Source of the DNA: Podarcis erhardii
Lineage: Eukaryota
Assembly (NCBI GenBank): GCA_964252035.1
Contig: OZ176201.1
Strand: one strand, 5' to 3'
DNA: 64,000 nucleotides
The translations under genes were made by a program, and so were the position numbers. This document shows positions 10,380 through 23,865 of the stretch, in pieces. How positions within the stretch are numbered: the stretch's first letter is position 1; every line of letters starts with the position of its first letter. The notes under the pieces were generated by a model. It did no database searches, had not been told where the DNA came from, and was given only the letters and a program-made list of their open reading frames with translations.

Positions 10380-11950
10380 CAGCGTCTATTGCTGTTCTGT
10401 AGCTGTGCTCTTCCAGGCCCCTTGGCGCATGGAGTTCTAGGCTCGACGAGCTGCATCCGCCAGAACTCAGGCTCTGCACACGTTCTAACAGACACAGGAA
10501 GACACGTGTCGGCCACGGGCGGAGCCTGCCCCCGCAGCCTGGCTCCCGCCCTGTGCACGATTAGTACGGGAAGGGGCCGGGGCGCGGGCATCTCTGTCGA
10601 CACGTGTGCTTCCCTAAACACTTCTCCGTCACGGTTACAGGCACTCGAGACTGAGCGCCCTTTAAAACACGCCGGCAGGACAACTTTCAATGGCACCCCG
10701 TTAACTGGATGATTTATCCCTTTTGGAGGGACCCGGGTTGTTTTACGCGCCAAGGAGCGCGCCTTCCAGGCTTGCACTCTCCACGGCTTCTTCGAAGCGA
10801 ACCTGGGCAAAGTGATCCCCCAAAAATGGCCGATCCGAGGTCTATGGCGATCCTGGGCTCGACCAGGCGGGGGCAGCCGCTGCTTTCCCTGCAAGTAGCT
10901 CCGGATGTCTCGAAGTGGGATGGGCAGGGCTGAGTAACGGCTCCCTTTGTGTCTCCACGGCGTGCGCACCAACTTTAGGGGAGGCGGGTGGATCCCGGGT
11001 GATCGGGGCGGGGAAGAGAGAACTCACTTTTCCTGCAAAATATGCTGCAGTTTTACGTGCGCACTTACTTGGGCGCAAGAAAAGCCCCGATGAATTCCAA
11101 GAGTCTTACTCCCGAGTAAACACGGCGGAACTTGGTTTGATCTTTATGCTCTCAAGCAAAAAAGTGTATTCTCATATGCCTTGCCTGAGAGTCTCAAGGA
11201 GGCACACTTTGCTTTCTGAATTTAAAACACAGCAGTGGACTCTTTGGGCCAAGTTTAAGACGCGCGCGCGGGCGCACGATCTTGCAACTTATTGTTCAGC
11301 GTTGCGTGTTTTTGCTTCCCAGGGCTTGCATTTCTTAGCCCCGCGGAGAAAACGGGGGCTTGAGACAAGCGCGCCTGCACAGAGCTGGGCCTTGAGAACA
11401 AGGGATGGGGTGGGGTGGGGGCACATCATTAGGGTAGCTGTTTGCTCCGTCCCCACGAGCGGGCTTGCGCGTGTCGCGGCCCTCACCCGGGAGGCGCCGC
11501 CGCCGTCGCTCGCCGTCCGCTGGGCGGGCGATGTCTGCAGGCGGGCGGTGCCGGGGGCGGCGCCGAGGGCCGCGTCCCGTCCCCGGCCGGGCAGCGAGGG
11601 AGGGACTGGTGGGAGGCAGCCGCCGCCGCCTGGCCACGGCGGCTCCGTACTCTCGACGGGCAGCCAAGGAGGGCTCTGCCGTCCCCGCCTCCCCGGGAGC
11701 CGCCGGGGATGGGGAACGCCGAGAGCGGGGAGCCGGGCGGGGGCTCCGGGCTGCTGCCGCCCCCGCCGGGGAAAGTGCCCATGCCGGACCAGGGGGAGCT
11801 GGAGGAGAGATTCGCGATGGTGCTGGTGAGAGATCCCTCTTCCTTACCCCACCCCCGCGCCCGCTCCGATCCCCTCGTTGATCCCTCACATCCCCTTCTC
11901 GACGCTGCTGCGGGTAGATTCCGTTGCAAGGCTGAAAAATCTCCCTAGTC
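10380..11950 (+). promoter_or_regulatory. FMNL3 CpG island / promoter and 5' UTR
   Basis: High CpG and GC content with GC boxes, surrounding the FMNL3 start codon. TSS not determinable from sequence. Confidence 0.8.
11709..11825 (+). CDS. FMNL3: Formin-like protein 3, coding exon 1
   Basis: MGNAESGEPGGGSGLLPPPPGKVPMPDQGELEERFAMVL matches the FMNL N-terminus (MGxxxS myristoylation motif; MP..GELEERF). Phase-0 donor ctg|gtgaga at 11826. Confidence 0.95.
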
Positions 11951-14900
11951 CATCCTCGCTGCGGGAGGGATTCCTACCCGTCCTCTCGATGGGAACAGTT
12001 CCTCCTCCCTCTCCAACTTTTCCAGACACTTTTCCTGGCCCCCTCAGATATGGGACACCATTCTCTCGATCTCTCCCTCTCCCCCCCCCCACCTTCCGCG
12101 GGGATTGCAGCCCTGGTGGTTGCATCCAGAATCTCCCCTTGCTGGGTTCTGCAGATCTCCCACCCTGGGCTCTTGCCTGATCTGGTCGATTCCTCCGCAG
12201 GACAGATTACTCGCGGTTGCTGAGATGTTCCGGTAGCTCCCCTTCTTCTTCACCACAAGAGTTCCCAGAAGTTCTTTCCATCTCTCTTTCACCCCGCTCT
12301 CCGTTCGTTTTCGCCAGATCCCTCAACTGGTCTTAGCTTTATAAATCCTATCTTCATAGAGTCTATTAACCCATGATTCTGACAGATTCCTCCCCCTTTT
12401 GTGGCACCATTCTGAGTGGATCTCCCTTGTAGGGCAGTCAGCTCACACTGGGAACTTCAGCGTTATCTTGGCCCATCGCAATGGGCCACGGATCCAAGGT
12501 CCAGTGATCCTCAGTCCTCCTCCACACCATTTCTCCATCTCCACATTCTGACCCATAGCATGCCTGATCCCCAGTTGAAGTGCCTTCTTCCCCAGATCTT
12601 CTTGGCCATCTGCCTTGACCTCTTCCACACTTTGATCACTCCACCCCACAAGCTGAGGTCCCATTTTTGTTCCAGTGGGTTAGCTCTTTCCAATTCCTTT
12701 GCAGCTGCGTTTCAAGCATCTATATCCCCCAATTCCTTCGAAATTTTCAACCCCCCCACCAAGACTGGATTCCTGCTCCCATGCATTAGGATCCTTCTGC
12801 CGTAGAACCGTAGCATCACCTTGCTACCCTCAGCTACCCTAATGGAGCTGCATGACCCCCACCCCCTGCGCTTGCCATCCTTTTCCTTGGAACCATTTAT
12901 CTTCCCTTGGTTGGCCTCTGATATCCAGTCCCTCTCAATCCAGTTTCTCCTTGCGGGACCCTGTGGATGATCCCTTTATCAACCGAGAGGCCTTGTTTGC
13001 TTGCGTTGTGAACCAGTTTTGTGAGGAGTGGTACTGGCAGGAATGTGGAATACCCTAGGTGCCCCTCTGCATCACTGGGCGCTGTTGGCATGCATCCTGC
13101 AGAGGGCATGTAGGTGGTGGGTTTGGTGGGCATTTAAACTCTTGTCCTTGGAAGAAGGAAGGAAGCGGACCTGGTCTGGAAAGTTATGAGACTACCTTCT
13201 TGCGTCTCCACTGTGTCCACAGAAAAGGCCACTCTTAACTTGTGGGTGAAAGGAATTAGTCTCTGATTGGATAGCTGCTAGTGGCCCAAGCTTTGCCCAG
13301 GAAGAAAGGAAGAAGAAGAAGAAGAAGGATCAGAAAAAGAGGAGCAGAGAATATGGTCTTCCTAAGCAGGGTCTGGATGGTGCTCCTTGTTTTGAACCTT
13401 CTTGTGAGATCTGTAGAATATGCCCTCGCCCTTGGAGCAGAGTGGCTGACCTGTTTAGACCTCCAGGTGCTCTTGGGACTCTTAACTCCTATCAGCTCCA
13501 ACCCTGCATGGTCAGCGATTATGTGAGTGGTAATCTAACAAATCTGGAGAGCCATAAATTGTACACACCTGCTGAAAAGGGCTTTGAGTGGGGAAATGTT
13601 CCATTTTTATGCAGGAGGCCTAGGATAAGCTTAGTGTGCCAAGCCAAGCTTTGTGAATGGGTGACTTCTGTGAATTCAAGGGACGTATTCACCTGATCAT
13701 TTCACCTCTTAAAGTATTCTTATTTGTGTCTTTGTCTGTACAAGTTTTGCCTTTTGGAAGACTGCACGGCGGTGGTTGTGATCTTCATGCATTAGAATTT
13801 TGAGTAGAGGCTTCTGGAGGTTGAAACCAAATCAACGCAGGACTGTGACAGTGCTCCTGTTTGTACATAGCATATGTTTGGGGAAGTTATCCCAAAGTGC
13901 GGTGTAATGATTGGGTAATTGGTTGATCTGTGTTAATTGCTGTGATGGAAGAACTGATAGGGAGGAATTCATTCCAAAAGAATTAAAGCCAGAAGAGTAG
14001 AGAGTGGCTTTGTGATTGCTCCTTAAACAGTGGAAATTTGACCATTTTTAGAACCAGAGTTTGTGCTGCCCATTTACTCATGTGGAACATCCCAGTGGAT
14101 GGCCCCAAGGGTTTATTGGGAACAAAGGGACACCTCTGTGGTCATCTTTCTCTTTGCAAAGTCAAGTTGCCTTTCCTTCCCTGGCTTTTCCAAGGAGATT
14201 CTCTCTTTGCTTCTTGACTTTTCATAAAAAGTTTCTGACACATCGGATGTGACTGTTGAGATTCAGAGACTGTGGCTGAGCCATTAGAGATGCTTGTGTA
14301 GAGAATGCTTGGGGATTTCTGGGGGATTTTTTCCTTCTTGATTGTGGAAAGTATGTTTGTTTTTTTCAAAATTCCACTCTAACGATGTCAGAGTGACAGG
14401 AAGCTGACAGCATGTGACACATAGTTCCCTCCTCTGTCCATTCTCCCTACAGTGGTCATGCAGCTGTTTGAATAGTTCCATTTTCACTCTGATTTGTAGG
14501 AAAAGGGGTTGCGTTTCAAAAACCACATGATACAGGGTTGTTGGTAATACATTGAATGTAAATACTGAGGCAGATCATTGATCCAGCCAATCTAATATTG
14601 TCTGCTTTGAATAGCAGTAGCTTTCTGCATTAAGATCTTTTAAAGCCAGAGTTTTCATTTCTTTCTTTAAAAGGTAGCAAGTTTCTAGCTCTCATTGTTT
14701 TGAATATGTTCTTGGAAGCATGTGAGCTGTGCTTTCTGAAATTTCAAAAAACAGTGTGATGTGCTAGTCATGGGACTGGGCTAAACAAGATTTCCAGTGG
14801 TGGTGGGGTTAGAACTCATGTCCGGTATAGTTCTTTCAGTTTCCATGACTATCAAATCAGAATAAATTATATAAAACAGTAAACATTGCAATTATGCAAA

Positions 14901-15650
14901 ATAGGTGAAAGTTATGCACCTTTGTGTAAATTATATTGGTTACATAATTTATTCATGCAGAATTTGAATTCAGTAGATGCAGAATTGTAGGAATTTTTTT
15001 TTTGTATTTTGAAGATGAATGTGCGGACTATTCGTAGCCCTGGGCAAAGGTGGAGCAGTCTGCATTCATGAAAGTATCAATCTTAATAGCCAAAGGCATG
15101 AAGAAGAAGAAATCCATGTTATGTTCCTGTATATTCACAGCGCCATTCATCATTATGATACTGGTGATTTATGATTTAAGCAGATGTATAGTACTTTTTT
15201 TGCCTTCCCTGGGGCAGAATTAAGCATTATGCTATGTACGTGGTTGCAGAGGAGGGCGCTCTATCTGTAGTGTAATTTGAGAGCCCAACTGAGTCTGTAT
15301 CGGCCAACAATAAAACTTTCCTATTGTGCTACAGTGCTGAAGCAGCTAGTGATAAATCAGATGGATCCACTCTCCAATCTAGGTGCAATGTAGTTGGTCC
15401 GCTGTCCATTCCAGGTTTGGTGCGCTAGTCCTGGCATAGACTCTGCATCCAGTTGCCCACTTCTTATTGCTGCTATCGACGGGTCAGAACTTTGGAGTTA
15501 TGGAAAAGCAGTGATCACATCTGCTCTCTTGTTCACTTTCACAGAGGTTCTGTAATATTCCCTGCAGTCCATAACATGATACCTCATCTCTAATTCTGTA
15601 ATGTAGGGCAAATGTTTGTATGCGCCGCTCAAGTGAAGTATATGGTGGTA

Positions 15651-16009
15651 TTAAAGGTAAAGGTAAAGGGACCCCTGACCATTAGGTCCAGTCGTGACCG
15701 ACTCTGGGGTTGCGGCGCTCATCTCGCTTTATTGGCCAAGGGAGCCAGCATACAGCTTCCGGGTCATGTGGCCAGCATGACTAAGCTGCTTCTGGCGAAC
15801 CAGAGCAGCACACGGAAACGCCGTTTACCTTCCTGCCAGAGCGGTACCTATTTATCTACTTGCACTTTGACGTGCTTTCAAACTGCTAGGTTGGCAGGAG
15901 CTGGGACCGAACAATGGGAGCTCACCCTGTCACAGGGATTCGAAACACCGACCTTCTGATCGGCAAGCCCTAGGCTGTGTGGTTTAACCCACAGCGCCAC
16001 CCGTGTCCC
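15651..16009 (-). mobile_element. Sauria (Squam1) SINE
   Basis: tRNA-like head, (ACCTTT)n tail, TSD tatggtggta at 15641-50 and 16010-19. Confidence 0.92.
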
Positions 16010-17997
16010 TATGGTGGTAGTAACCTGCCCTAGATGAGGGACAGGACCATGGGGGTAGCATTTAACTAAGTTTTACTCCTAGTAGACCCACTGGAATTAA
16101 TGGACCTAACTTAGTCATGCTCATAATGTCGTTTGGTTTGTTCTGAGTAAAAGTGTGGTTGACTTCCATCCCAGATGTGCTACCTCGCAGTATAGGTTGA
16201 GATGGAAGACAGAAACACGCCCCTCCCCCATGTGCACAATGCTGTGCTAGATCATGATGTAATGTAGCACAGGGAGGGCTTCAGGACAGGGGGGGCTGTG
16301 ATAGCCCCAGACACGTCCACCTCCTTTGTTGCCCTCCTCCTTCCAAGCACTGGATATCAATTATATGTCTACCTGATTTCAGTGTAGACCGGAGAGGTAG
16401 GAGAGGAAACTGTGGTGAGAGAGGTGGGAAGATAATGCCCAAAGTTACACACTTGACAGACTGTCAACAGCTATGTGTAAGTCAGGCCACACAGGGCAAC
16501 CTGTGACACCATCTTGGGTAGACCAGCAGGCTGAGGTGCTGTGATGTTTGAGAGAAGCATAACTTGTGATTGGTGGCGATGCAAGTTAAAAGAAGGAAGG
16601 GAAGATTCCCAAGGGATCATTGAAAATGCTTGAAAATCTGTGTGTGACTTCCATATGATTTCACCCATGTACTGGGAAACATTCTGTTGAAAACAACCTG
16701 AGAATCTCATCTTGAATTTTGAGGTCACATCGCAAATTAAAAACCAGATTTTTAAATTGTATTTTGAATTATTCTGTGTTATGAGACCTGACCAATATTG
16801 TGCTTTGGACTGGATGGCTTTGGAGGTGGGAATAAGGACTGGGGAGTCAACCCGCTCTTTCAGTTCCTTAAAAAGGATGCGAAAGCTGTGGCCCTCCAAA
16901 CATGGCTGTACTTCAGCTCCCATCAGCCCTAGCCAGCTAAGCCAATGGTTGAGAATGATGGGAGTGGTAGTCCAACACCATCTGAAAGTCCAGCAACATC
17001 TCCCCAGCCCTATTTTGAAGTGGATTGTCAGCTGGCTGCCTTGAACAACCCCCACCAGTCTTCCCACCCATTTCGCCTGCCTCCTGTGGGTCCAGCTGGT
17101 ACCATTATGAAGCCTGAATTGTCCTTCCAATTGCAGATTCCTTCATTATAAGCCAATTTAAAGCGCCACATCACTGGGAGGGTTATCATAATATTGTTTG
17201 TGAATTGTATTGTCTGCCATTTACTTTCTTGAGTACAGTTTAAGATTCTGGAACTGACCTTTAGAGTCGTGAAAGGCCTGGGCCCACCCTTCCTTTGGGA
17301 GAAAACCTTCCCTTCACAAGCTCTCCTGCCCTTTGAAATGGGCTGGGAAAGCCATCTTTTTAAATGTCTTTCAACAAACAGTGACATTTGTGGGGGCCGG
17401 GAGTGTATTTTGCTGGACCTATGGAATTTCTTTATCCAGTGAGACCTGCAAACACCTTATCATCTTTAAAACATTTTTAGTTCACAAAGCTTTAAACACG
17501 CCTCTCAAAACTGAGTTATAGATATATAGACGATTGATAGATAAGAGATTTGTAATAATTTAGTTGTGTAATTTTAGGCTGTTGCAGACAGCCAAAATCA
17601 TGAGGGATGCTGAAGGCCCTGCCTCAAGTAGTGAATCTGAACTGCAACTAAGGATTGGTTTTACTGTGGCATCAAAGTTCCCTCCCATCGAGAACCTTTC
17701 TCCCGGAGATGGTACTTTTCTAGCTGGAGGGGATTTTTGGACGGAGGAGCAGCTCCACCTATACTGAGAAATAGTATAGCACAGGCAAAGATTTGCCATC
17801 TTAGTGAGAATAGGGGCTAGTGTAGATTTGGGGATAACATCTTGCCAGCGGGTTGGATCCTGAGCTCCCTCAGCTGCTCCCATGGGCCACTTTGGCAGGT
17901 GAGTTTGCAGAGTGTGGTTTCAATTGTTTCCTTCCTTTGCAACTCAGCAAAGACCTGTCTAACCCAGAGCCTTTTTCCTGCAGTGGCACAACCAGGT

Positions 17998-18352
17998 AAG
18001 ATAAAGGTAAAGGGTCCCCTGACCGTTAGGTCCAGTCATGGCCAGCTCTGGGGTTGCGGCGCTCATCTAGCTTTATTGGCTGAGGGAGCCGGTGTACAGC
18101 TTCCAGGTCATGTGGCCAGCATGACTAAGCCGCTTCTGACGAACCAGAGCAGCGCACGGAAACGCCGTTTACCTTCCCGCCGGAGCGGTACCTATTTATC
18201 TGCTTGCACTTGACGTGCTTTTGAACTGCTAGGTTGGCAGGAGCAGGGACCGAGCAACGGGAGCTCACTGTGTTGCGGGGAATCGAACGGCCGACCTTCT
18301 GATCGGCAAGCCCTAGGCTCTGTGGTTTAGACAGCAGCGCCACCCGCGTCCC
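17998..18352 (-). mobile_element. Sauria SINE
   Basis: Full length, with TSD ggcacaaccaggt at 17985-97 and 18353-65. Confidence 0.92.
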
Positions 18353-18832
18353 GGCACAACCAGGTGCCTGTGCGAACCAATAACCCTCCCAACATTGTTT
18401 CCCAGCAATTAGTATTTGGAGGCCTTAGATCCTGGAAGGTAGTCTGTATCCATGAGTAGCGGCCATGAATAGCTTTATCCCCTCATGCACACACATGCCC
18501 TGCCTCCAACATCCTTGGGCAAACTGGCTGCTTCTTATATCTTTGTGCGATTACCATGAAGGTCTGGAGGCTTCACCCGCACCCTGAATGTAGTTAGAAA
18601 CCGCTCCTCAAACAGGAACTCTGGCTTCTCAGGGTTTTTGATTGTGAGGGCAGTTTACAAGTGTGCACAAACAGGTGTTTTTTTAAAAGGCTTCCTGACC
18701 TTTGACTAATGATCTTGCACCTCGGGATGTTGTGACATGGCTTGTGACCTCTACCCCCAGTTTAATTCTTCACATATTCAGGCCGGTGCCTGAACACGGT
18801 TTAAGAATGTGTCCAGTTCCCTTTTAAAGCCT

Positions 18833-19055
18833 TAATAATTATTTTATTTATACCCCATCCATCTGACTGGGCTGCCCTAGCCACTCTGGGCAGCATTCAA
18901 TATAATAAAAACACAGCATGCACCAAACATTAACAACTTACTGATATAGGGCTGTCTTCAGATGTCTTCTAAAAGTTGTGTAGTTGTTAGTCATCTGATG
19001 GGAGGGCGTTCCACAGGGCAGATGCCGCTACCAAGAAGGCCCTCTGCCTAGTTCC
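18833..19055 (-). mobile_element. L2-clade LINE 3' end
   Basis: ccatctgactgggctgccctagccactctggg terminus with an (ATT)-type tail, same family as 36672-37211. Confidence 0.75.
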
Positions 19056-19342
19056 CACTAACTCCCAGTACGTTTCCGAGCACAATTCAAAGTGTTGGTG
19101 CTGACCTTTAAAGCCCTAAACGGCCTCAGTCCAGTATACCTGAAGGAGCGTCGCCACCCCCATCGTTATGCCCGGACATTGAGGTCCAGTGCCGAGGGCC
19201 TTCTAGTGGTTTCCTTGCTGTGAGAAGCCAAGTTACAGGGAACCAGGGAGAGGGGCTTCTCGGTAGTGGCACCCGCCCTGTGGAACGCCCTCCCACCAGA
19301 TGTCAAAGAGAAAAATAACTACCAAACTTTTAGAAGACATCT
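19056..19342 (+). mobile_element. L2-clade LINE ORF2 C-terminal fragment
   Basis: Encodes LPVRFRAQFKVLVLTFKALNGLSPVYLKER-like sequence, typical of L2 ORF2 ends. Confidence 0.8.
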
Positions 19343-19352
19343 ATTATTATTA

Positions 19353-19561
19353 CAGTGGTACCTCGGGCTACAGATGCTTCAGTTTACAGACACCGCTAAC
19401 CCAGAAATAGTATCTCGGGTTAAGAACTTTGCATCAGGATGAGAACAGAAATCGTGCTCCGGCGGCGCGGCAGCAGCAGGAGGCCCCATTAGCTAAAGTG
19501 GTGCTTCAGGTTAAGAACGGACCTTCGGAACGAATTAAGTACTTAACCTGAGGTACCACTG
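19353..19561 (-). mobile_element. pogo/Tigger-like MITE
   Basis: CAGTGGTACCTC TIRs and TA TSD. Confidence 0.9.
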
Positions 19562-22500
19562 TATTTCAAAGTCATTCCCTGTCAGTTCAGGTCCTATGAT
19601 TGTATCTGAGAAGTTGGGATTCTTTGCCACACCTTAAGCCACATTTGACGTTTTATTACCAATTCATTCAGCTTGGTGTAAACCTTTTGGATCTCTTTGT
19701 CATTCCTTTTAATTTTCACCACCATGAATAATTTGGTATTGTCAGCAAAGATGACCGCAGCTATGCATAACCCTAACTCAGGGACATTTTGGAAGGGGGA
19801 AATAAAAGCATTAGTCTCAATACAGAACTTTGAGGGGTGGGGGTGTCCTTATCCTGGGGCAAGGGGAGATGGCTTGCTAATAGACAGACAGATCTGACCC
19901 ATGGGCTATAATCCATTGGGAAGATCTTTACAGGCTTCTTAAAAGAACAGGTGCTGGATTTTAGCAAGGCTCATACAGAATTTCCCCAGGAATTGTATTC
20001 TCCGGAAGTCAGTGAAGGATGTGGAGCACCATTTGACTTTAACCCCTCAAGCACCAAAACCCCTTGGCTGACCCTGGGTGCAAGAACATTTTTTGAGTGT
20101 GTCTCCTTTGAAAGGGTGTGTGTGTAGAATTATGAGAAAGTGCCAGATCACATTTATGCAAAGCTGAAATCTCCAAAGGCTCAAATTAAAATGGAACGAG
20201 GTGATTGATACTTCTCTACACTTTAGATTCACGCTTCGAGAAGCTTTAGTTTGTAAAGTTCATTTTAGCAACTATAAATGCTAAAACAGTGGCCGGTCTT
20301 TTCCACAGAGGAGCAAAAAAACCCCCATGCAAAATAGAGGCTGCAATCCACCTTATACCTAGACCAGGGAAAACCCATTATTACTCGTTGTGATCAGTTG
20401 TCTTTTAAACTTTTAACTCTCAAAGCTTACAGCACAGTATGCAAGATCTGTCTCTGTTTTCCTACTTCCTCGCTTTTTCTCTCTCGGCTTCATTTAAAAA
20501 AATATAAAAAAATATTATTATTAAAGGAAAAGAAGGAGAAACCTTATTCAATGGAATCCAGCTGCCTGGCTGGGTTGTGTTTCAGAATTTGGACTTCCGG
20601 TTTGGGATTTCAAAGGGAGCTGCCTCTGGCAGGGGACTGAATTTCCCACACAGCCATAGACACAATTACTAAGGGGATGGCGTAATAGAAGCATATGGCA
20701 TCCCTCCCCGTGCAGTTAATTCCGTACAACGTTGGGTAGAAAAAGGGTGGAAATAGCTATCGGTTTCCTCTTGGCATTCTTCCAGCAGGAGAGAGAAGCT
20801 CGTACATCTTCGCAGCGTCCCATCTGGAAGAAACACCCAGGGCTTTATTCTGGCAGGGGGGACTTGAATTCCTTCCTAGTCAGAGGGGGAACGGAAACTG
20901 ACGTTGAGGGGGAATAGCAGACCGCAGCCTCCCAAGCAACCCAGATAGACTCCCCGCAAAGCAAGCGGAGTCGTCCAACGAGGGGACCGGTTTGGAAGAG
21001 CTGCCCAGTTGGGTGGGTTGCCAAGTCTCAATGGAGACCCAAACGCTTAGGCCTCATTACGGATTGCAGTCACATTGCATCACTTCCCTGGAAACAGCAT
21101 CTCATCGAGGGGGAGGGCTTACTTTCGGAAACTTTATTTCATGAAAGATGGGAGCCTTTGCTAGGGTAAGGGGCTGGGGGATGAGCCAGGGAGCCCTGCT
21201 TCTGAGAGGACAGCGCTGTGGGTTAGGCTGAAGTGGGAAGGTGGGTTTACTGGCACTCTGCTCTAGCCATGCGGATACCCTGCCTGGAGGATGCTGGGGA
21301 GACTGTACCTTGTGGTTGCTTAGCAACCACAGCCTATCCTGGAACAGGCAAAATGGCTGCCTAGGCTTAGGATGAAGCTGGTCACGGGCAAGAAATGGTG
21401 CGTGAAGCAGGGCAAGAGTTCTGTATCTAAATCAGGGGCTTGCAGGAGAGGATCCTGTGAGTTCCAGTGTGGAAGGATGGGAGCTAAGAAGCTTGGCTGC
21501 AGCTTTTAGAAATGAAGGCCCCCTTGGGCGTCCCGTCATTGAATGCTTCAATCTGCCACCAACATGTTGTGAGGGTGTAATTAACGCTTGAAAAATAGCA
21601 ATTGAGGAATAATTAGAAAGCAGCTGCAACTAATTCCAGGCTTGCAATGCTTTGGCTCCTCTGTTTGGATCTTTGGCGAAAATGTTTCGAACAATGGGGA
21701 GGGTGGTGGGAAAGAACCCTGATGTTTAAAAAGCAGTACAGCCTAATTGTTGCTTGTTCTTTTCTGAACACTGTTTGAAAAGTAAAGCCGCTCTCATGCT
21801 TCTTTTGTCTGTTAGTTGAAGCCATGCTGGAAATACTTGCATTGGAGGATAGGGCATGAGTTTGTGGAATTAAAAAAAATATAAACTTGCCCAAGTTTTG
21901 CCTTGTAATAAATAGTGAGGTTGCGTTGCCTCTTCCCAGTGCTGGGTTTTAGGGCTTTGGGGAGTGTAGAGCAAAATCCTGGCTCCCATTCCCAGGCTGT
22001 CTTTTAGCATTGCCGCTTGTTTCTGGCAGGGCTACTGTAGCTTCAGCAGACAGACATCCAACAGGTACAGCATCTTCCCTAGTGTTTGAAGGTGCGGTGA
22101 TAAAAATCTGGATTTTTTATATCTTTCTGCAGCAGTTGATGGTACTTTTCATGGGCGATTCTTTGGTGGTTAAGCACTTGGGGGGGGCAGAAGGGGGATT
22201 TAAGAGTTTGATCACCTTAGACTTTTATACTGGCTTTGAGAAATCTTTTTTTGTATTGTGTATTGGAATTTTACTTTTTGTAAGTTGCTTGGATATGTCT
22301 TGTGGGAAGCGATCAATAAACAAAACACATGAATAATGATTGCCATGCAGCTGTTTAATGGCACAAATGCTTTGCCCCCCCCCAAAAAAAAGTAGAATAA
22401 AAAGACATGGGGACTCTTATTTGGAACCACAATATAGCTGGCCTTTCATTTCTTTAAACCATATACCATCTAAGACTCACATCGGTATGCAGAATTAGAT

Positions 22501-22629
22501 ACTATTCTCATCGTCCTAAGCAGATACCTTAGTTTAGCAAGCCAAAATGTCATTTTAACAGGCAGTCCATGTTTTCTAAACACTCATAATGTGAGAGATT
22601 ATGCAAATGCAGTTTATCTGCAGGCCTTT

Positions 22630-22889
22630 TAACAACAACAACAGCAGCAACATCATCATCATCAACAACAACATTTAGATGCCTCCCATCTGCCTGGGTT
22701 TCCCCAGCCACTCTGGGCGGCTACCAACAGAATATTAAAAACACAATAAAACACCAAACATTAAAAACCTCCCGATACAGGGCTATATTCAGATGTCTTC
22801 TAAAAGTTAAATAGTTGTTTATTTCCTTGACTTCTGGTGGGAGGGTGTTCCACAGGGCAGGCATTAATACCAAGAAGACCCTCTACCTC
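22630..22889 (-). mobile_element. L2-clade LINE 3' end with a trinucleotide tail
   Basis: ccatctgcctgggtttccccagccactctgggcggct terminus. Confidence 0.75.
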
Positions 22890-23619
22890 TTTCCCCATAA
22901 CTATATATTCTGTTTCCAATATGCATTTTGAAGGAATATGGAGGTGCTTTTATTTGCCAATTACTGGGAAATTAGAGGGTTATGGAGATTCAGCCCTCGG
23001 ATGCCATATGTTTTGGCCAATAACAGCCTTTGGCAGGACTGTGTATGTTCTGGGCTGCTAAAAAAATGATGAGTTCTGCATCAAGAACCTCTGTCAGTCA
23101 TGCAAGTTTGCGTACGTTTGCTTATTTTACATTTTTTTTTGCTTCCCCTGGCTAAAGAAGGGATAAGGAATTCCACGTGCCTCTGAAACTTCACATCTCC
23201 GCCATATGAAAGCCCACTTAGTTCTCCCCATGGCTCCTTAGATTTCGCCAGGCACATTCCAGCCTAGTTTTTGCAGTCTTGAGGAACAGAAGCTTGCTTC
23301 TCCCCCCCCCCCCAAAAAAAGGAAAGCTGAGATTAATGGGACATAGAATTCTGTGTCAAAATACAAATGTCCCATGCGTTTGTAGGATGCCCATAGCTGA
23401 GAGAGGGAGAGGGAGGGGAACAGAACTGATCCTGAAACTCCACTTCCTGGCCCTTATGTTACACCAGACATTGTTTGTGTCATGTTTTGAAGCCGCAGGA
23501 CTAGAAACTTAGTATGAATGAAAATCGAAATTCTTCTGATGCCACCAAACATCAAAATCCAAGACAGTTTGAGCCTACAACACCAATTCTGGCCCAGCTG
23601 CGCTGGCTAATGGTTGCTG

Positions 23620-23865
23620 GAAGAAGAAGAGTTTGGATTTGATATCCCGCCTTTCACTCCTTTTAAGGAGTCTTAAAACGGCTAACAATCTCCTTTCCCT
23701 TCCTCCCCCACAACAAACACTCTGTGGGGTGAGTGGGGCTGAGAGACTTCAGAGAAGTGTGACTTGCCCAAGGTAACCCAGCAGCTCCATATGGAAGAGC
23801 GGGGAAGCGAACCCGGTTCACCAGATTACGAGTCCACTGCTCTTAACCACTACACCACATTGGCT
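23620..23865 (-). mobile_element. Squam3-like tRNA-derived SINE
   Basis: Reverse complement starts agccaatgtggtgtagtggttaagagcagtggactcgtaatctggtgaaccgggttcg and ends with a (CTT)n tail. Confidence 0.8.

Noticed and set aside
10915-11829. 304-aa + strand ORF
   Set aside because: It runs through the CpG island in a non-FMNL3 frame, has no recognisable domain, and is the expected stop-poor GC-rich artefact
16471-17130. 219-aa - strand ORF
   Set aside because: It crosses a decayed palindromic MITE, has no homology or splice context, and is intronic
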